Shown here: positions 13,393-27,169 of the stretch, in pieces | How the letters are laid out: the number at the start of each line of letters is the position of its first letter | How positions within the stretch are numbered: position 1 is the stretch's first letter | Assembly: GCF_018350175.1 (NCBI RefSeq) | Contig: NC_058368.1 | Span: 122,824,001 to 122,888,000, forward strand | Source: Felis catus | Lineage: Eukaryota | Direction of reading: 5' to 3' | Length of the DNA stretch: 64,000 bases | Position numbers and translations under genes: made by a program | Notes under the pieces: generated by a model | Told to the model about the DNA's origin: nothing | Databases searched by the model: none | The model's input: the letters and a program-made list of their open reading frames with translations, nothing else

Positions 13393-13803
13393 ATCAGAGA
13401 TACAGAAATGGCAGAGAAAGAGCTTGAGAAGTACTTGGAGTCACAAATTTGCCAGATGTATTTAGAGAAGGTTGTGACCTGGGAGAAGACAAACGGGGGT
13501 TAGATCACACAGGTTCCTGCGTGATCAGTGGTTAGATATCATTGCCAATGATTAGATTTCATTATGTAGAAATGAAACAGTTGAATAGAAGTGTAATAAT
13601 AAAAGCTTATACTGACTGACTGCTATGAGCTCGTCATTGGACTAAGCACTTAACATACTGCTTTCATTTCATCCTCACTAAAATTAGGGGGAAATGATTC
13701 ACAAAAAGATTAAGTAACTTGCCTAAAATGCCTGAGTTCATAGCTGATGGGGCCTTCATGCAAGACTGGGACCCAGCCTTTGATGTCCTGGGCTGCTCTG
13801 CTT

Positions 13804-13858
13804 CATTTTAGAGGCATTTTAGAGAGGTAGCTCATTTTGCATTTTAGAGAGGTAGCTC
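13804..13858. repeat. Local duplication of gcattttagagaggtagctc
   Basis: Identical 20-mers at 13814-13833 and 13839-13858. Confidence 0.9.
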
Positions 13859-14509
13859 GGGCAGTGTGAGGGAAGGTGAGTTCCTAGGAAGAGAGAGACT
13901 AGAGGCAGGAAATTAAGTTGCTTCACTGCTTCACTGGTTGGGGCAGACGTAATACAGCCCTGAACCTACCCATGGCCACGGGGATGAAAAATGATGTGGC
14001 AACTCTGACACATGGAGACTTTGATGGATTCATGTCTTGCTTTTAAACTTTATTAGTGGTTTGAACATTCTTCTCTGCCATTGTAAATAACGAGTACCAG
14101 CTTTGTGGTATTGCTCGCAACAATCATGTGCAATGCCACAGTCACAGTTTACATTTTAATTTATAATCCTTTCCCCCAAATATAATATTATGTGCTTGAC
14201 TTCATGATTTTTTTGTCTGACAATTATTTTGAGTTTAGTCCCATAAAGGCTAGGGAAAAGAAAAGGGTTACAAAATTTGAAACATGTTCAGGACAGAAAA
14301 AAGCATCACAGAAAGTTAGCAATAGAATCAACTTATGGATACCATAAGGTGAGCATTTATTCATAAGGATGGTCCCGTACATCCACCTAGTGAAGGGGAA
14401 CTTTCTGGAGTCTTTTCCAGTTGTGACGAGGATCTGGCAATCTCATGATTCTCGAGTATAATTTTACTACAATGCTTCTGTCACTTTGTGCTGCATTTCC
14501 CCCTTTTTG

Positions 14510-15090
14510 GACAGCTTTACTGAGATACAATTCACATAAACAATGTACACTTTTAAAGTGTATTGCTTCAGTGGTTTTAGCATATTTGCAATATTGTGCA
14601 ATCTTCACCGCAATGAATTTCAGAATTTTTTATCACCCCCAAAAGAAACCCTATACCCATAAGCAGTCATCGCTTATTCCTCACCAAACTCTCCCAGCCC
14701 TAGGCGATCACTAATCTATTTTTTTCCCTTTATGGATTTGCCTATTCTGAACATTTTGGAAATTATTTCTTTTATCTTTTTTATGTAGACTTCACACACA
14801 GCACAGAGCCCAATGTGAGGCGTGAACTCACAAACCCTGAGATCAAGACCTGAGCTGAGATCAAGAGTTGTACACTTAACCAACTGAGCCACCCAGACGC
14901 CCCTATTCTGAACATTGTGTATTAAATAGAATTATATATGTGTCTAGCTTCTTCCACTATAGCATAATATTTTCAAGGTTCACTCACATTGTAACATGTA
15001 CAGATATTTCATTTCTTTTCATTGCTGAGTAATATTCCCTCGTATGGCTAAAACTGCATTTCATTTACCCAGTCATCAGTTGATGGACAC
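14510..15090 (-). mobile_element. L1MB-type 3' end with a nested short CanSINE (14770-14903)
   Basis: acagctttactgagatacaattcacata...cagttgatggaca; SINE flanked by duplicated cctattctgaacatt. Confidence 0.88.
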
Positions 15091-16044
15091 TCGTACTGCC
15101 TTTGCTTAAGTGGCCTGAGGACAGCCCTCCAGAGAAGCTGTCAGCCTTGTAAAGGGATGCCATCCCTGAAAGGAGTGTGCTGGAGAGCATAAAGGAATGC
15201 TTTAAGGTGTCACTGCATGCAGATGGAATGTTTCTGGACCACCTTAGGAGTCTTTGTCAATGACAATGTCCAACACAGCAGATGACCTGGAGGAGGAATG
15301 GAAGCCTTATTCAGTTAAGCCCCAATCCTCTTAAAGATATCAGATAATTAAGAGATAACCTCTCAGGAATCCTTGTATTTTAAAACAAGGATCGTTGTTT
15401 AAGAATAATCAAACGTTGTTTGAGAGGGGGATATAAAGTACTATGGCATTAGAGTGTTGGACGATTATACAGAAAAATGTAAGTGATAGTCTCACATAGT
15501 TCATGACACATGAGAGTTGCCACTTACTGAGTGCTTTCTATTTCTACTATTGGCTAAGGTTGTATAAACAAAATAGTTTGTTAAGCGCTGTCCTCAAGAA
15601 GCTTAAATTGAGTAAGAATGATGGAAGACGTGGAAAAAATAGTAATTCAAATGTCACACTTACGGAAAGACTCTAATACGAAAAAAAGCTGTTCTTATTC
15701 TTGGTTCTAAACAATCTCATTTAGGCACTGGCACAAAACCCAAGAGAGAGAAAGCAAGGAGAGAGGGGAGTGACATGAATATGAGCAAAGGAGGCCTTTT
15801 TGCTTCCTCACCCTGGTTTCTCCTTGCACACCCGTTCTGGAGACTGTAAATAGGATGCTGCTTTTGGAATTATCTTGAGATCATCTACTTTCAGGTGTAG
15901 CCCTTTTATGTCTTTTACTGTTTAAGGAACATCAAACAGTTATTTTTAGAACAAAATGTCCAGGTTTAAAAATTCTCATTCAGCATTATTCTCTTTTAAA
16001 GACATCCACACTTTAAGATTTTAAAAAATCAAGAAATTTAAAAA

Positions 16045-17150
16045 GGAACCCCCATGCACTATTTGTGGGAATGCAAACTGGTGTAGCCACTGTGGAAAAC
16101 AGTACGGAGTTTCCTCAAAAAGTTAAAAATAGAATTACCCTATGATCCAGTAATTCCACTGGGCATTTACCCGAAGAATATGAAAACACTAATTTGAAAA
16201 GATACATGCACCCTTATGTTTATTGCAGCATTATTTAGAATAGCCAAATTACGGAAGCAGCATCCATCAATGGATGAATGGACAAAGACGATGTGGAATA
16301 AAAGGATATTGGAATAAAATATCCCTTGAATATTTATCCAATGGAGTAAAAGAATAAAACCTTGTCATTTGTGACAACATGGATGGTCTAAAGGGTATGA
16401 CTCATATGTGAAATTTCACTCATGTGAAATTTAAGAAAGAAAACAGAGACAAACCAAAAAAAAACAACAACTCTTAACTATAGAGAACAAACTGATGGTT
16501 ACCAGAGGGGAGATGGGTGAGGGAATGGGTAAAATAGGTGATGCAGATTAAGAATACACTTATCAAGGAGCGCCTGGGTGGCTTAGTCCATTGGGCATCC
16601 AACTTTGGATCATGTCACGATCTCGCTGTTCGTGAGTTTGAGCCCTGCTTTGGACTCTGCTGACAGCTCAGAGCCTGCAGCAGGATTCTGTGTCTCCCTC
16701 TCTCTCTCTGACCCTTCCCCACTAGCGCGCTCTCTCTCTCTCCCTCTCTCTCTCAAAAAATGAATAAACATTAAAAAGTTTTTAATTAAAAAAAGGAATA
16801 CACTTATCAAAAATAAAAAAAGAAAGGGGTGCCTGGGTGGCTCATTCACTTAAGCGTCCAATTTCAGCTCAGGTCATGATCTCATGGTCTGTGAGTTTGA
16901 GCCCCGTATCAGGCTCTGTGCTGATGGCTCAGAGCCTGGAGCCTGCTTCAGAGTCTGTGTCTCCTTCTCTCTCTCTGCCCCTCCCCTGCTTATGCTCTAT
17001 CTATCTCTCTCTCTCAAAAATAAATAAATATTAAAAGAAATTTAAAAAAGAGTACACTTATCATGAAGACCTCTGAGTAATATATAGAATGGTTGAAATC
17101 ACTACATTACACACCTAAAACTAATACAACACTGTATGTCAACTATATGG
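16045..17150 (+). mobile_element. Carnivore L1 3' end interrupted by two CanSINEs (16567-16794 and 16826-17048)
   Basis: gtgggaatgcaaactggtgtagccactgtggaaaacagtacggag ... acacctaaaactaatacaacactgtatgtcaactata. Confidence 0.92.
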
Positions 17151-19599
17151 GAATGTTTTTAAAAAACAAGAAATTAGAAATGTTTATTAAATTAGTTTAT
17201 AAATATTTAAGTATGATGAATCTATGCTATTGATCATAGAATATAATTCTGGTTGCATAGTCTGTCCAAGAAAGTAAAAATATCCTAGATATTCTGATAT
17301 TTTAATGTCCAACTACACTGTCTACTTGCTCTCACATCCTAGGATACCACACGATTCTTTGTCAGGAGCATGGCCCCATATTTGGTCAAGAAAATGTGGC
17401 CACTATTTATGGAGCACTGTTCTTGTCTAGTCATAGATGTTAAAAAATCTAAGCATCAGTTCTATCCTCCAATGGCTTCCAACCTATAAAAGGAGACAAA
17501 CGTCTGTAAAGAGAAAACAAATTCTAGAAGGCAGTGAATGCTATAGTTGGTACATGTTGTGGGAGTAGCTTAGTTTGGACTGAGGAAGATGAAGAATTGA
17601 TAGAGAAGGTGTCATGTGAGCTGAGTCTAAATGATGTCGTGTAGCTTATTGGGTTCTTACTCTGTGCTGGGCACTGTGCTATCGTACACTAACATTAGGT
17701 ACATTAACTCACTGAACTGTTCCAATCCACCCTTTCAGATATTTACTCTTACTATTTCTTAGGCAGGAACTGAGGATCAGAGAGGTTAATTAACTTGAGA
17801 AAAATTACACAGCTAAGACATGGCAGAGCTGCAACTCAAATATGCCATCTGTCCATCTCCAAAGCTTCTTAACACTTTCATTACCACTGTCCTGAAAGTC
17901 AGGCAGGATTCAGCTCTGACTGTGCATAGGCTAAAGAGGTGGGCAGAAGTGTGCCATTGTCAACTGGGGCTTACAAAAAAGAATGGTAGGATGTAGTGGT
18001 TAAGAGATTAGAATCTGAAATCAGAAAAAGTGGCTTTGAATCAACCTTCCTAGCTGGATCTTCTTGAGAAGCTATTTAAACTCTCCAAGCTTTTGTTTCT
18101 TTACTGTAAAATGGGGAAAAGGATACATCAACTTCACTGAGCTCCTGCAAGGAGTAAATAAGCTAAAGTGTGTCAAATAATTAGGCAAATTATTATTACC
18201 ATCATTACCATGGTTATTGTCTTTCTAGGAGCTAACTATCCACTAAAAGCCAGTTTAGATTTTAAGAGAAGAAGAAACATATTTGTCACCTATTCACGTT
18301 AAAAAGACAGGCCAGGAAAAGCCCAGAGATCCCTGGGAAGACTAATGGAATTCATGTTTATGCTTTTGGGGAAATGGGACCTGCATTGGCAGGATCAGTA
18401 TTCCCAGGAGTCTTGGCTTTGCAGTTGGTTTTGCCCTAAGCTATAGGCTGGATAAAGTCATTATTAATCTTGGAGGTTCCAATAAGGTTGTTGCCTCTGA
18501 GTCATAATTTGCAAAGCAACTGTAATACAAAAGGGCTGACGTTCCTAAAGGTGAAGCTAAAGGCTCCAACGCTTCTCTGGGATTAATATTTTAGTATGTC
18601 CACTCTACAAAGCCGTGGTAGTTTGTTTCAGCCATTCCCACCTTTTTCCTAAAGACGATGCTCTGAGTCCAATGTTATTAGTATTTAAAACGAACAAATT
18701 AAACTGCTTACTTGATGCCTGGTGATCTGCAGAGACATATTAGCACTTCTTAAACCTTTCTGTATGCAGGAAACAAGTCTCACTGTGCATCCATGAACTT
18801 GACACAGCGATTTAATATAAAGGACAAGGGGGTGCTGTTTAAATCAGTCCGACCCTGGAGTCCTAGTTTCCCTATATAAAAGGGATGTGGTGGTGTGGCC
18901 ATGGCATCAAAAGACTTTTTACGCATTACACATCTGTTAGAAGAAAATGAATCTGAAAGGCTGACATTCAGCATAGCAGCGGTTATGCATCTTCAAGATT
19001 GTAGGGGTACCGGGCATGTATGTCTTTTTATGTTTGTTTTTTCTCTCTCTCCTAGTCTTCCACTGAAATGCCCTCTTTATCACCTAATAATATTAGCAAT
19101 CATTATTATCATAAAGTATTTAAAGTTAATGTGTTAAGTTTTCATATTAATGAAATGCTTTTTTCCTATTAATGAATGCTAAATAAAACCCAAAACTTAT
19201 TAGTCCTGAAAGATGTGTTTTTTAGATCTCAGGTTCGAAAATTTACATCAGAAATATACTTCATAAAATGTAGAATAAGAGAGAGATTTTAGCACACATA
19301 CAAGAGATATCTAACCTCTTTAAGGGGGCCTGTCAGGAAGGTTTGGTAGAAGTGATGTCAAATTTGGGATCCAAACCAGGTAGGATTCATCCAGAAATGC
19401 TCTATTCTGCAAACCCTTGGCTTTGCTCATGCATGCCTTTCCCTTTCTTAAAATCCTGGGGATCTCCCTTGCATCTTTTAGGGCCAGGTCTGATGTCATC
19501 ATGTATTACTTTCCTTTGCACGTTTTCACCACACCCTGACAGAATAAGTTATTCCCTTATCTGGATTTCCATTTTCACTTTGAAGACACTTATTACAGT

Positions 19600-20180
19600 A
19601 TTCATCACTCATTCCTTAATCTATTTATTCATCAATTCACATGTATTGATGAAGCACCTTGAGGAGACGGGTGTCTGTGCTAAACATGACACACAGGGTC
19701 CTTGTCCTTCCCAGAGGAAGAGTCAGCAATTTTGTACAGTGTGGTAGTTGCACATATGATAGGAGATAGGAATCATAGGAGCCTTGGTGGGTCAGGAGGG
19801 ACGGCTTAGGAAAAGTGATACATAACAAAGATGTGTAAGATGAGAAGGAATCGGCCATAAAGGGTTTGAGGGGGAAAAAAGAATGTTCCAGGTGGACAAA
19901 GCACAGAGTATGAAGGTCTACAGGTAAAAGAGAATATGAATGATGCTGTGGGAAAAAATATAGGCAGGCAGAGAGTGGGGGGCAGTCTCAGCAACACCAG
20001 AGCATATGGACTCCATGCCCATAGCAATGTGGAGTCACCAAAGGGTTCATACAGGGGAGGGACTTAATCACATTTTAGTTTTAGTAATAATCCTCTGGCA
20101 ACAGAGGATGGAATGGACTAAAGAGGTAAACAGAGATGCAGAAAGAAAATTTAGGAGACTGTTGCCATAATTCATTTACA
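19600..20180 (-). mobile_element. L2 fragment
   Basis: ttcatcactcattcc...attcatcaattcacatgtattgatgaagcacc terminus and purine-rich body. Confidence 0.6.
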
Positions 20181-21257
20181 CTGTAGTTATTTTTTAGGCG
20201 ACTGAGTCCCTTAACTTAAGGGCAAAACTGTGTTTTATTCATCTTTGTACTCATAGTACCTGTCACAGTGATGACCACGAAATTCAAGTGAATTAATATT
20301 GATCCAAACCCAGGGAGAACAACTGAGATTGAGGGATATAGTTCACAATTTTTATAAAGATCATTTGTAATAAGGTTTATGATGGGAAATTTCTTTTACT
20401 TTGCAGGAGCCCTTGAACGACTGTTTTGATTTCAGGCAAAAGTTAAAGCTTGGTGTAACAATTAAATAAAAAATAAAACTTAATAAGTTTTTATTTAAGC
20501 CATGTGTTGAAATTTCATAGTCCTTGCTGCTATCCATCATGCTCCCAAGCTTAATTTCACTCCTCGGCACTGAGTAAGTCATCTTGCACCGTAATCTTTT
20601 GTCTGGATTTAGAAGGCTTTCAGAAGGACTAGTGTGGCAAAATAACTCTCTCAGTGCTTTATCAACTTCTTTGCATTGTCCTTTCTTTCTGTATTCGAAG
20701 TATTTTGCAGCTGTTATAGAATGAAAAGTACCAACTTCACTGGATATGGAGGAGAAATCCCAAACACAGCAGGAAACAATTATGTGTTCAAGGTCAGATA
20801 GCAAGAAACATGTCTCAGAGCCCCTTCCTCAGGCAGGCATTCGGTGTCTGTACGCTCTTATTAAAAACAAACTGGCATATTAAGTTAAAGCAAAATACCC
20901 AAATCAATGAAGCAAGTGGTCCTCAGATAAGTATATTTATAAGTGACAGCAAGCTTTCCTATTTTAGGTATAAGTAAAACATGTATAACCTCTTCTGCTG
21001 TTTCCTTGTTTTCAAAGACCTTGAATTAAAAAAAAAAACAACAACAAAAAACCAAAAAAACACCTATCATAGAAACGCACCTTTGCAAAGTGTCAAAACA
21101 TGAGCAGAAATTTCTATATATAGGAGGTGAATAACGTGTACCTGTTATTTAAAAAAAATGGCAGAACAATATCTGTATTCAGATTTTCACTGATTAATAT
21201 GACTTAAGTAAAAGCACATAAACTTCTGCATATACTATATGGTTCTATTAGAGCTGT

Positions 21258-21479
21258 TTTTTTTTTAATTTTTTTTTCAACGTTTATTTATTTTTGGGAC
21301 AGAGAGAGACAGAGCATGAACGGGGGAGGGGCAGAGAGAGAGGGAGACACAGAATCGGAAACAGGCTCCAGGCTCTGAGCCATCAGCCCAGAGCCTGATG
21401 CGGGGCTCGAACTCACGGACCGCGAGATCGTGACCTGGCTGAAGTCGGACGCTTAACCGACTGCGCCACCCAGGCGCCC
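21258..21479 (-). mobile_element. Very young feline CanSINE
   Basis: CpG-rich; about 3 mismatches over ~200 bp versus the copy at 56295-56494. Confidence 0.97.
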
Positions 21480-22990
21480 TGAACTGCAGTTAATTTTCCA
21501 TATTCTACTGAAGAGAAACTGGCTGTCACCATTTTCCCTATGATAAAATATAGCATAAAGCAGTATAATAAATTATAGACCATTATAGATTATTCCCATT
21601 TTAACATTTAGGATTTTGTTTTGAGTTCTGTCCCAGAGGCCAATGTTTAACTACATTTTTTTTTCCCAATTGATGGGATCTCGGAAGCAAGCCTGTGAGG
21701 TGGACTAATGGAAGGTAGTCAACCTAACCCCAACGTAAGTCATGTGCTATAGGAAAATAATTTTAAGAAACAGATCAACTATTCTCTCTTGAACCACAGT
21801 TATCTGCAAAGTACTGTGTTACAGTGAAGTTGATGTATTATGTATGTACCAAACAAAGCTGCATATACCATGTGTCAAAGGAATGGGGAAAACACACACA
21901 CGTGTGTGCGCACACACACAAACAAGAGGAAGAGCAGCATGAAGGCAAGGACTCTCCATCCCTGGCTCCTTGTGAATCTCAGGGCCTAACACAGTGCCAG
22001 GCACAAAGTAGATTCTGAATAAAAACTTCTGAATAATGGAATGACTTCACCAAAAAAGAAGTCCTTATGGTTAAGGTTGGGACCTGAATGATGAAGAGGA
22101 ATCAAAGAAAGACAGGAAGGTAGGACAAGGGGAAGATAAGTGTGAGGAATACATTATAGATCACAATGTCTGGTGTGCAAGGTTCACTGTGAGGAACCAA
22201 TGAAAGGACAAGTAGAGAAATAAAGAAAGAGTAGATTATGCACAAGTAGATTATGCATGAGTTGACCTAGATACCGAATTTACATCTTGTTATAATAAAT
22301 ACTGAGAATCTGATAAACATATTTAAGAGGAGATGTATGATCCAATTTTTTTAAAGGAAGATTAATCTTGAAGTTGTGTGCAGAGCGGAATGGAACAGAA
22401 AGGAAATGGAGGTTAGAAGTCCACAGAGGAATCTAGTGCCAATGTTCAATAGAGAGAGAGGACGTTTGTATTAGGATGGAGAGTAGAAAAGCTTTTTCTT
22501 ACCAAAACTAAAAGAACTTGTATTCATCTCACCATCTCCATTCTCTTGATCATCACTCTACACCTTTTTGCTTTATCGAGTATGTCATATGTGCCAAGCA
22601 CTGCACAAAATGTGCTTGTGCACGTTCTCCCATTTCAGACTTAGAACAAGGCGATGAGACACATGCAGTTACTATTCTCCACTGATCAATGAGAGAACTG
22701 AGTTGACAGGAGACCCATTCTGTTAATCAGAGACAGAGCTAGGGAAATGGCACAGTCAAGGTGTGTGTGACTCAGAAGCTTCTTACAGACTTGATTCATT
22801 ATGCTTCTCTCCATCTGGTGGGTGGTGTTTAAAGAGTCCACATAATGTGCTGACTTGGGGAAGTAATGACAGAAAGAAGGGAAGGTCAAAGATGACAACC
22901 CACTCTTGCACATGGGACATTAGAAGAATGTGGGTACTGTCCACAGACTCGTGAGATGAGTCATACAAGTGCTTAGAAATAACAAGACCT

Positions 22991-23163
22991 GGGGTGCCCG
23001 GGTGGCTCAGCTGGTTAAGCCTTCGACTTCCACTCAGGTCATGATCTCACGGTTTGTGAGTTCGAGCCCCAAAGTTTGCTTTGGATTCTGTGTTTCCCTC
23101 TCCCTCCACTCCTCCCTTGCTGTGTCTCTCTCTCTCAAAGATAAACATTAAAAAAATTAAAAG
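22991..23163 (+). mobile_element. CanSINE with internal deletion
   Basis: TSD agaaataacaagacct/agaaatcacaagacct. Confidence 0.93.
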
Positions 23164-23487
23164 AAATCACAAGACCTAATATTTCAGGGTGTTTAACATA
23201 AGCCAGGCATCACACTAAATAACATGTATTCATTTTCTCATTTAATCCACAACATTATAAATATTACAGATAAGGGGGAAAAAGCCCCCCAAATAAATAT
23301 GGATTGTGTAAAATTACATTGGTGATAAACAGCAAAGTCAGGACATAACATGGACAGTCTCGTGCCAGAGACTGTTTACCCAACAGCTATGCGAGACCAG
23401 AAATACTTTAGTTTTTTTTTTAGAGAAATCATGTTTGAGGGCATGCAGTAGCATCATTTAATTATAAAATTAAATTTATAATTTTTT

Positions 23488-23592
23488 GAAGATTTTATTT
23501 ATTTTTAAGTAATCTCTACACCCAACATGGTGCTTGAATTCATGACCCTGAGATCAAGAGTCCTGTGCTTTACTGAGCGAGTCAAGCACCCG
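23488..23592 (-). mobile_element. Short old tRNA-Lys-like CanSINE
   Basis: aagtaatctctacacccaacatgg...tgagatcaagagtc. Confidence 0.85.
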
Positions 23593-23811
23593 CAATGATT
23601 TGTTGATTTATATACCTACTTAAAAAATTTTTCTCCACAACTTATTCGAAAACAATGTCCAAATCCTCAATCAAATAAATGCACTTCAACATACTAAGAT
23701 TAAAGGCATGTAACATGAAGTATATAGGACATGCGTATACATAGATATAGGGGTTTAAATGGCAATAGTTTTCTTTGAGTGGTAGATGTTGAGAGATCTT
23801 AATTTAAAATT

Positions 23812-24029
23812 CTTTTTTTTAATTTTTAACATTTATTTATTATTATTGAGAAACAGACAGACCATGAGCATAGGAGGGGCAGAGAGAGGGGAAGACAAAG
23901 AATCTGAAGCAGGCTCTGGGCTCTGAGTTGTCAGCACAGAGCCCGACGTGGGGCTTGAACTCACAAACCGCCAGATCATGACCTGAGCCAAAGTCAGACG
24001 CTTAACTGACTGAGCCACTCAGGCGCCCC
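23812..24029 (-). mobile_element. Feline CanSINE
   Basis: TSD aatttaaaattct/aatttaaacttct. Confidence 0.95.
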
Positions 24030-24811
24030 TGAATTTAAACTTCTTAAGGCTTTTCTTCCCCCAACCCCCCCGCCCCCAGATTTCTATAATAATTGTTATG
24101 TAACTTCTATAATCTGAATGAAATAATGTTTTTGGGGGGGGGGGCAATGAAGAACTCAGTAAGGAAAGAGGAGCAAAGAGAAAGAAAGTAAGGTAGAAAA
24201 CTAGCTAGAGCTGGGAGTGAGCCTGGAACACACAGGCATGCTTTCAATATCACATTATGAAAAGCTGGAATTAATGCAAACAGAAATTTTGTCCCTGAAT
24301 CTGAAATGCTTTGGACTCTAAAATGCCCCTTCTCTCCGCTGAAGAGAGAACCAGCCATTAGACACAGCAAGTCACAGCACAATTGTTCACTCAGTAAAAC
24401 CGGACAGCTGAAATCAACAAGATCAGAACAAACTCCTGAATGGATGCCAGGCCCCTTCTCAGGAAGGGACTATGCAGTCAATTAGATTGGACCTTGAATA
24501 AATCGTTTTTTGGAAATCACCGGGAACACTGTTTTTTATCAAACCTTTCTCTTTTTTCACTGCCTGCCAGCCTCTCCCATGTATATCTTACAGACTTAAG
24601 AGTACACATCACTCAGGGAATTAAATTGTATTACCTATGAAATTAATTTTCCTTCCTTCAATATCTCTATCCCTTTTTGCTTCATAGAGGCAGAGATTTT
24701 CCTGGGCCTGTTCACCACTTTATACAGAGTGCTTAGCATAGAGCCTGATGGTAGGTACTCAGATATAAAAATGTTTGTTGAAGTAAGGGAATGGAACCAA
24801 AATGCAATTTT

Positions 24812-25026
24812 CTTTTCTTTCTTTCTTTTCTTTTTTTTTTTTTTTTTTTTTAGAGAGAGAGGATGCAAATGAGTGAGGGCAGATAGGGAGAGGGAGAAGG
24901 AGAGAGTCAGAGTGGAGCCCCATGTGGGCTCGAGCTCACTTGTTGCAGGACTCGAACTCACAAACTGTGAGATCGCGACCTGAGCTGCACTCAGATGCTT
25001 AAGCAACTGAGCCGCCCAGGCGCCCC
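24812..25026 (-). mobile_element. Variant CanSINE with a repeated B-box-like segment
   Basis: TSD caaaatgcaattttc/caaaatggaattttc; ctcgagctcac and ctcgaactcac in tandem. Confidence 0.9.
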
Positions 25027-27169
25027 CAAAATGGAATTTTCAATGGCGAGAATAAAGAACTCCTTTAAAGCCACAAAATATTAATGTTGTTCTCCCAAAG
25101 AAGGACTATTACCAAAGGAGGTGTAATTCAAGATTGACTTAAGCATATTGCTATCTTACCCTATGTTAAACTCTGGGGTATATTAATAATATCTAAGTAC
25201 TCAGAAATTTAAGTAATATACTTTCAAATGTAAGCAATTTACATCTAAGAAATACATTTTCCTCCAGTACTTTTCCTTGACTTATTACTTCCTGACAGAG
25301 AAAGTAGGAATTATAGTTTCTCACTTGAAACTCAATACTTTCAAACTATTTCTATAGACAGTCTTATAAGGAAAAGCAGTCTCAAAGCTCACCAGTTTTT
25401 CTCCAATGGAACCTACAGGAAGATTCTGAGAGCCAAACTTCCTCTTTGGATTGTAAGCAATCTTTGATATTTCCAAAGCCCTGGGGCCTTGGCCTATAAC
25501 ATTCTACATCACAATAGCATTTGTATAGATAATTATTAAACTTCATCTGCTTACTCACCTCATACTGTGACAGATGAAAGCTACTGGTACTGCTAATCAT
25601 CGTCATCATTATTATTGGCCATTTACTCCTGCTGGCCACAGTGCTAAGCTATTTACAAGCATTATCTTTTCAGTGCTCTGAAGGGTGTTAAAAGTCATCT
25701 AGTCCAGCTCTGAATGCATGATTTATGAATCCTCTCGACACCTCCCCAGTCGGAGACACCAACATCCAAATAATGAACCGCAGGCCTGAAAATGTGATGA
25801 GTGTTGCAACAGAGGAGGAAAGCAGACACTCCTGGAGCACAGAGGAGATCCAATTCCCTGGGGAGGACTCAGGCCGCGCCTAACAGAAGGCACAGCTGAG
25901 CTGAGTCTTGAAGGATGACAGAGTACTTGTCATATGGTTGAAAGGATAGGGAAGAATGGAATAAATATAAGATTGGGTAAGAATCACGGATGTACCAAGA
26001 CTATTGATGAACCGGAGTTGTGAGGACAGAGGAGTAGGGAAAGGAATTTGGAAAGGGCTCATTTTTATATCTAATACTAAGCTGATCTGAATTTTCAATT
26101 TGGGGTGAAGGGTTCCATATTTTTAACTGGACAGTGAAAAGTTGTTTAATAACTGTATTAAAATCTTTCTATATGTCAAGCACAGTACTTACCATTGCGC
26201 ATATATTATTTGCTCAAAACAAATTCATGAGATAGATAACATTTTCTCGTTATACAAGAGAAGAAATTAAAATTTTAAATTTGCCCAGCATGACACAGCT
26301 TGTATGTCTACAAGCCACTCATTCATTCGACTTTTCCTTCAGAGCCTGTGGTGTGTCTGTTAAAATTTACAATCATGTCAGCCTGATTCAAAAACATTTG
26401 TTTTAACCACTACACAGTAATTGTCTCTCATTTAGTATAAGAGACGGAATCTCTATTTTTTCTTTTTCATATCCATTATTATCTTTAAAACTCTCAGATG
26501 ACTCAAAGACAAGTCCTATTCTACAGAAAGCAAAGAGTGAGGCTACTAAACACATTTCTGGTCCACAGCATTACAGAGATTTACTACTACAAAGCTGTGT
26601 ATCATTGCTCTGAGAGCTGACTGAGTTAATCGCTTAGGGCATTTCACTGATAAATCCCATTTTTCAGGGCACTTATAATCTAGCAGTTAACATTTTTCCT
26701 GTGTGAAATAGGGTAAGACAAGGGAGTACTTTACTCTGGCACAATAGTACGCACAAAATAGCTATTAAATCTTAAATGATCACATGAGAGAGATAACTAA
26801 ATAAGATGGGATTTGAAGCCTAAATCTAGGGCTGTGGTGGACAAACTTCGTACAGTGTTCACCTGGTTGCTTCGTACAGAGACTGACAAAATACAACCAA
26901 TAGCGGTAAATAGTAATCATTACTATTCCCCTTGTATTCATTCAGATGGGGTAACGGAGACTTAGAGAAGACATACGATTGGCTCTCAGCCCAGAGCTGG
27001 TAAGTTACCGAGTGAGGCTTTAATCCAAGCTGTTTGACTGTACAGGCAATTGTCTTTGCTCTTTCACTATAGCACCTCCCTCATAGGGAGGAGGTGAAAA
27101 TTACATGGAATAATGCAGGTAAAAGGTTTAGCAGAGTATGTGTCAAATAAGCACTCTCTTTAAAATCGG

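Noticed and set aside
16837..17034. Recurrent MAQSV...SAQVMIS...SSSP peptide family (also near 23833, 44977, 46555, 54008)
   Set aside because: Translation of the CanSINE consensus, not a gene family.
20361..20804. 147-aa minus-strand ORF as a possible JAKMIP2 exon
   Set aside because: Not coiled-coil-like, unlike recalled JAKMIP2 sequence, and upstream of the true start codon.
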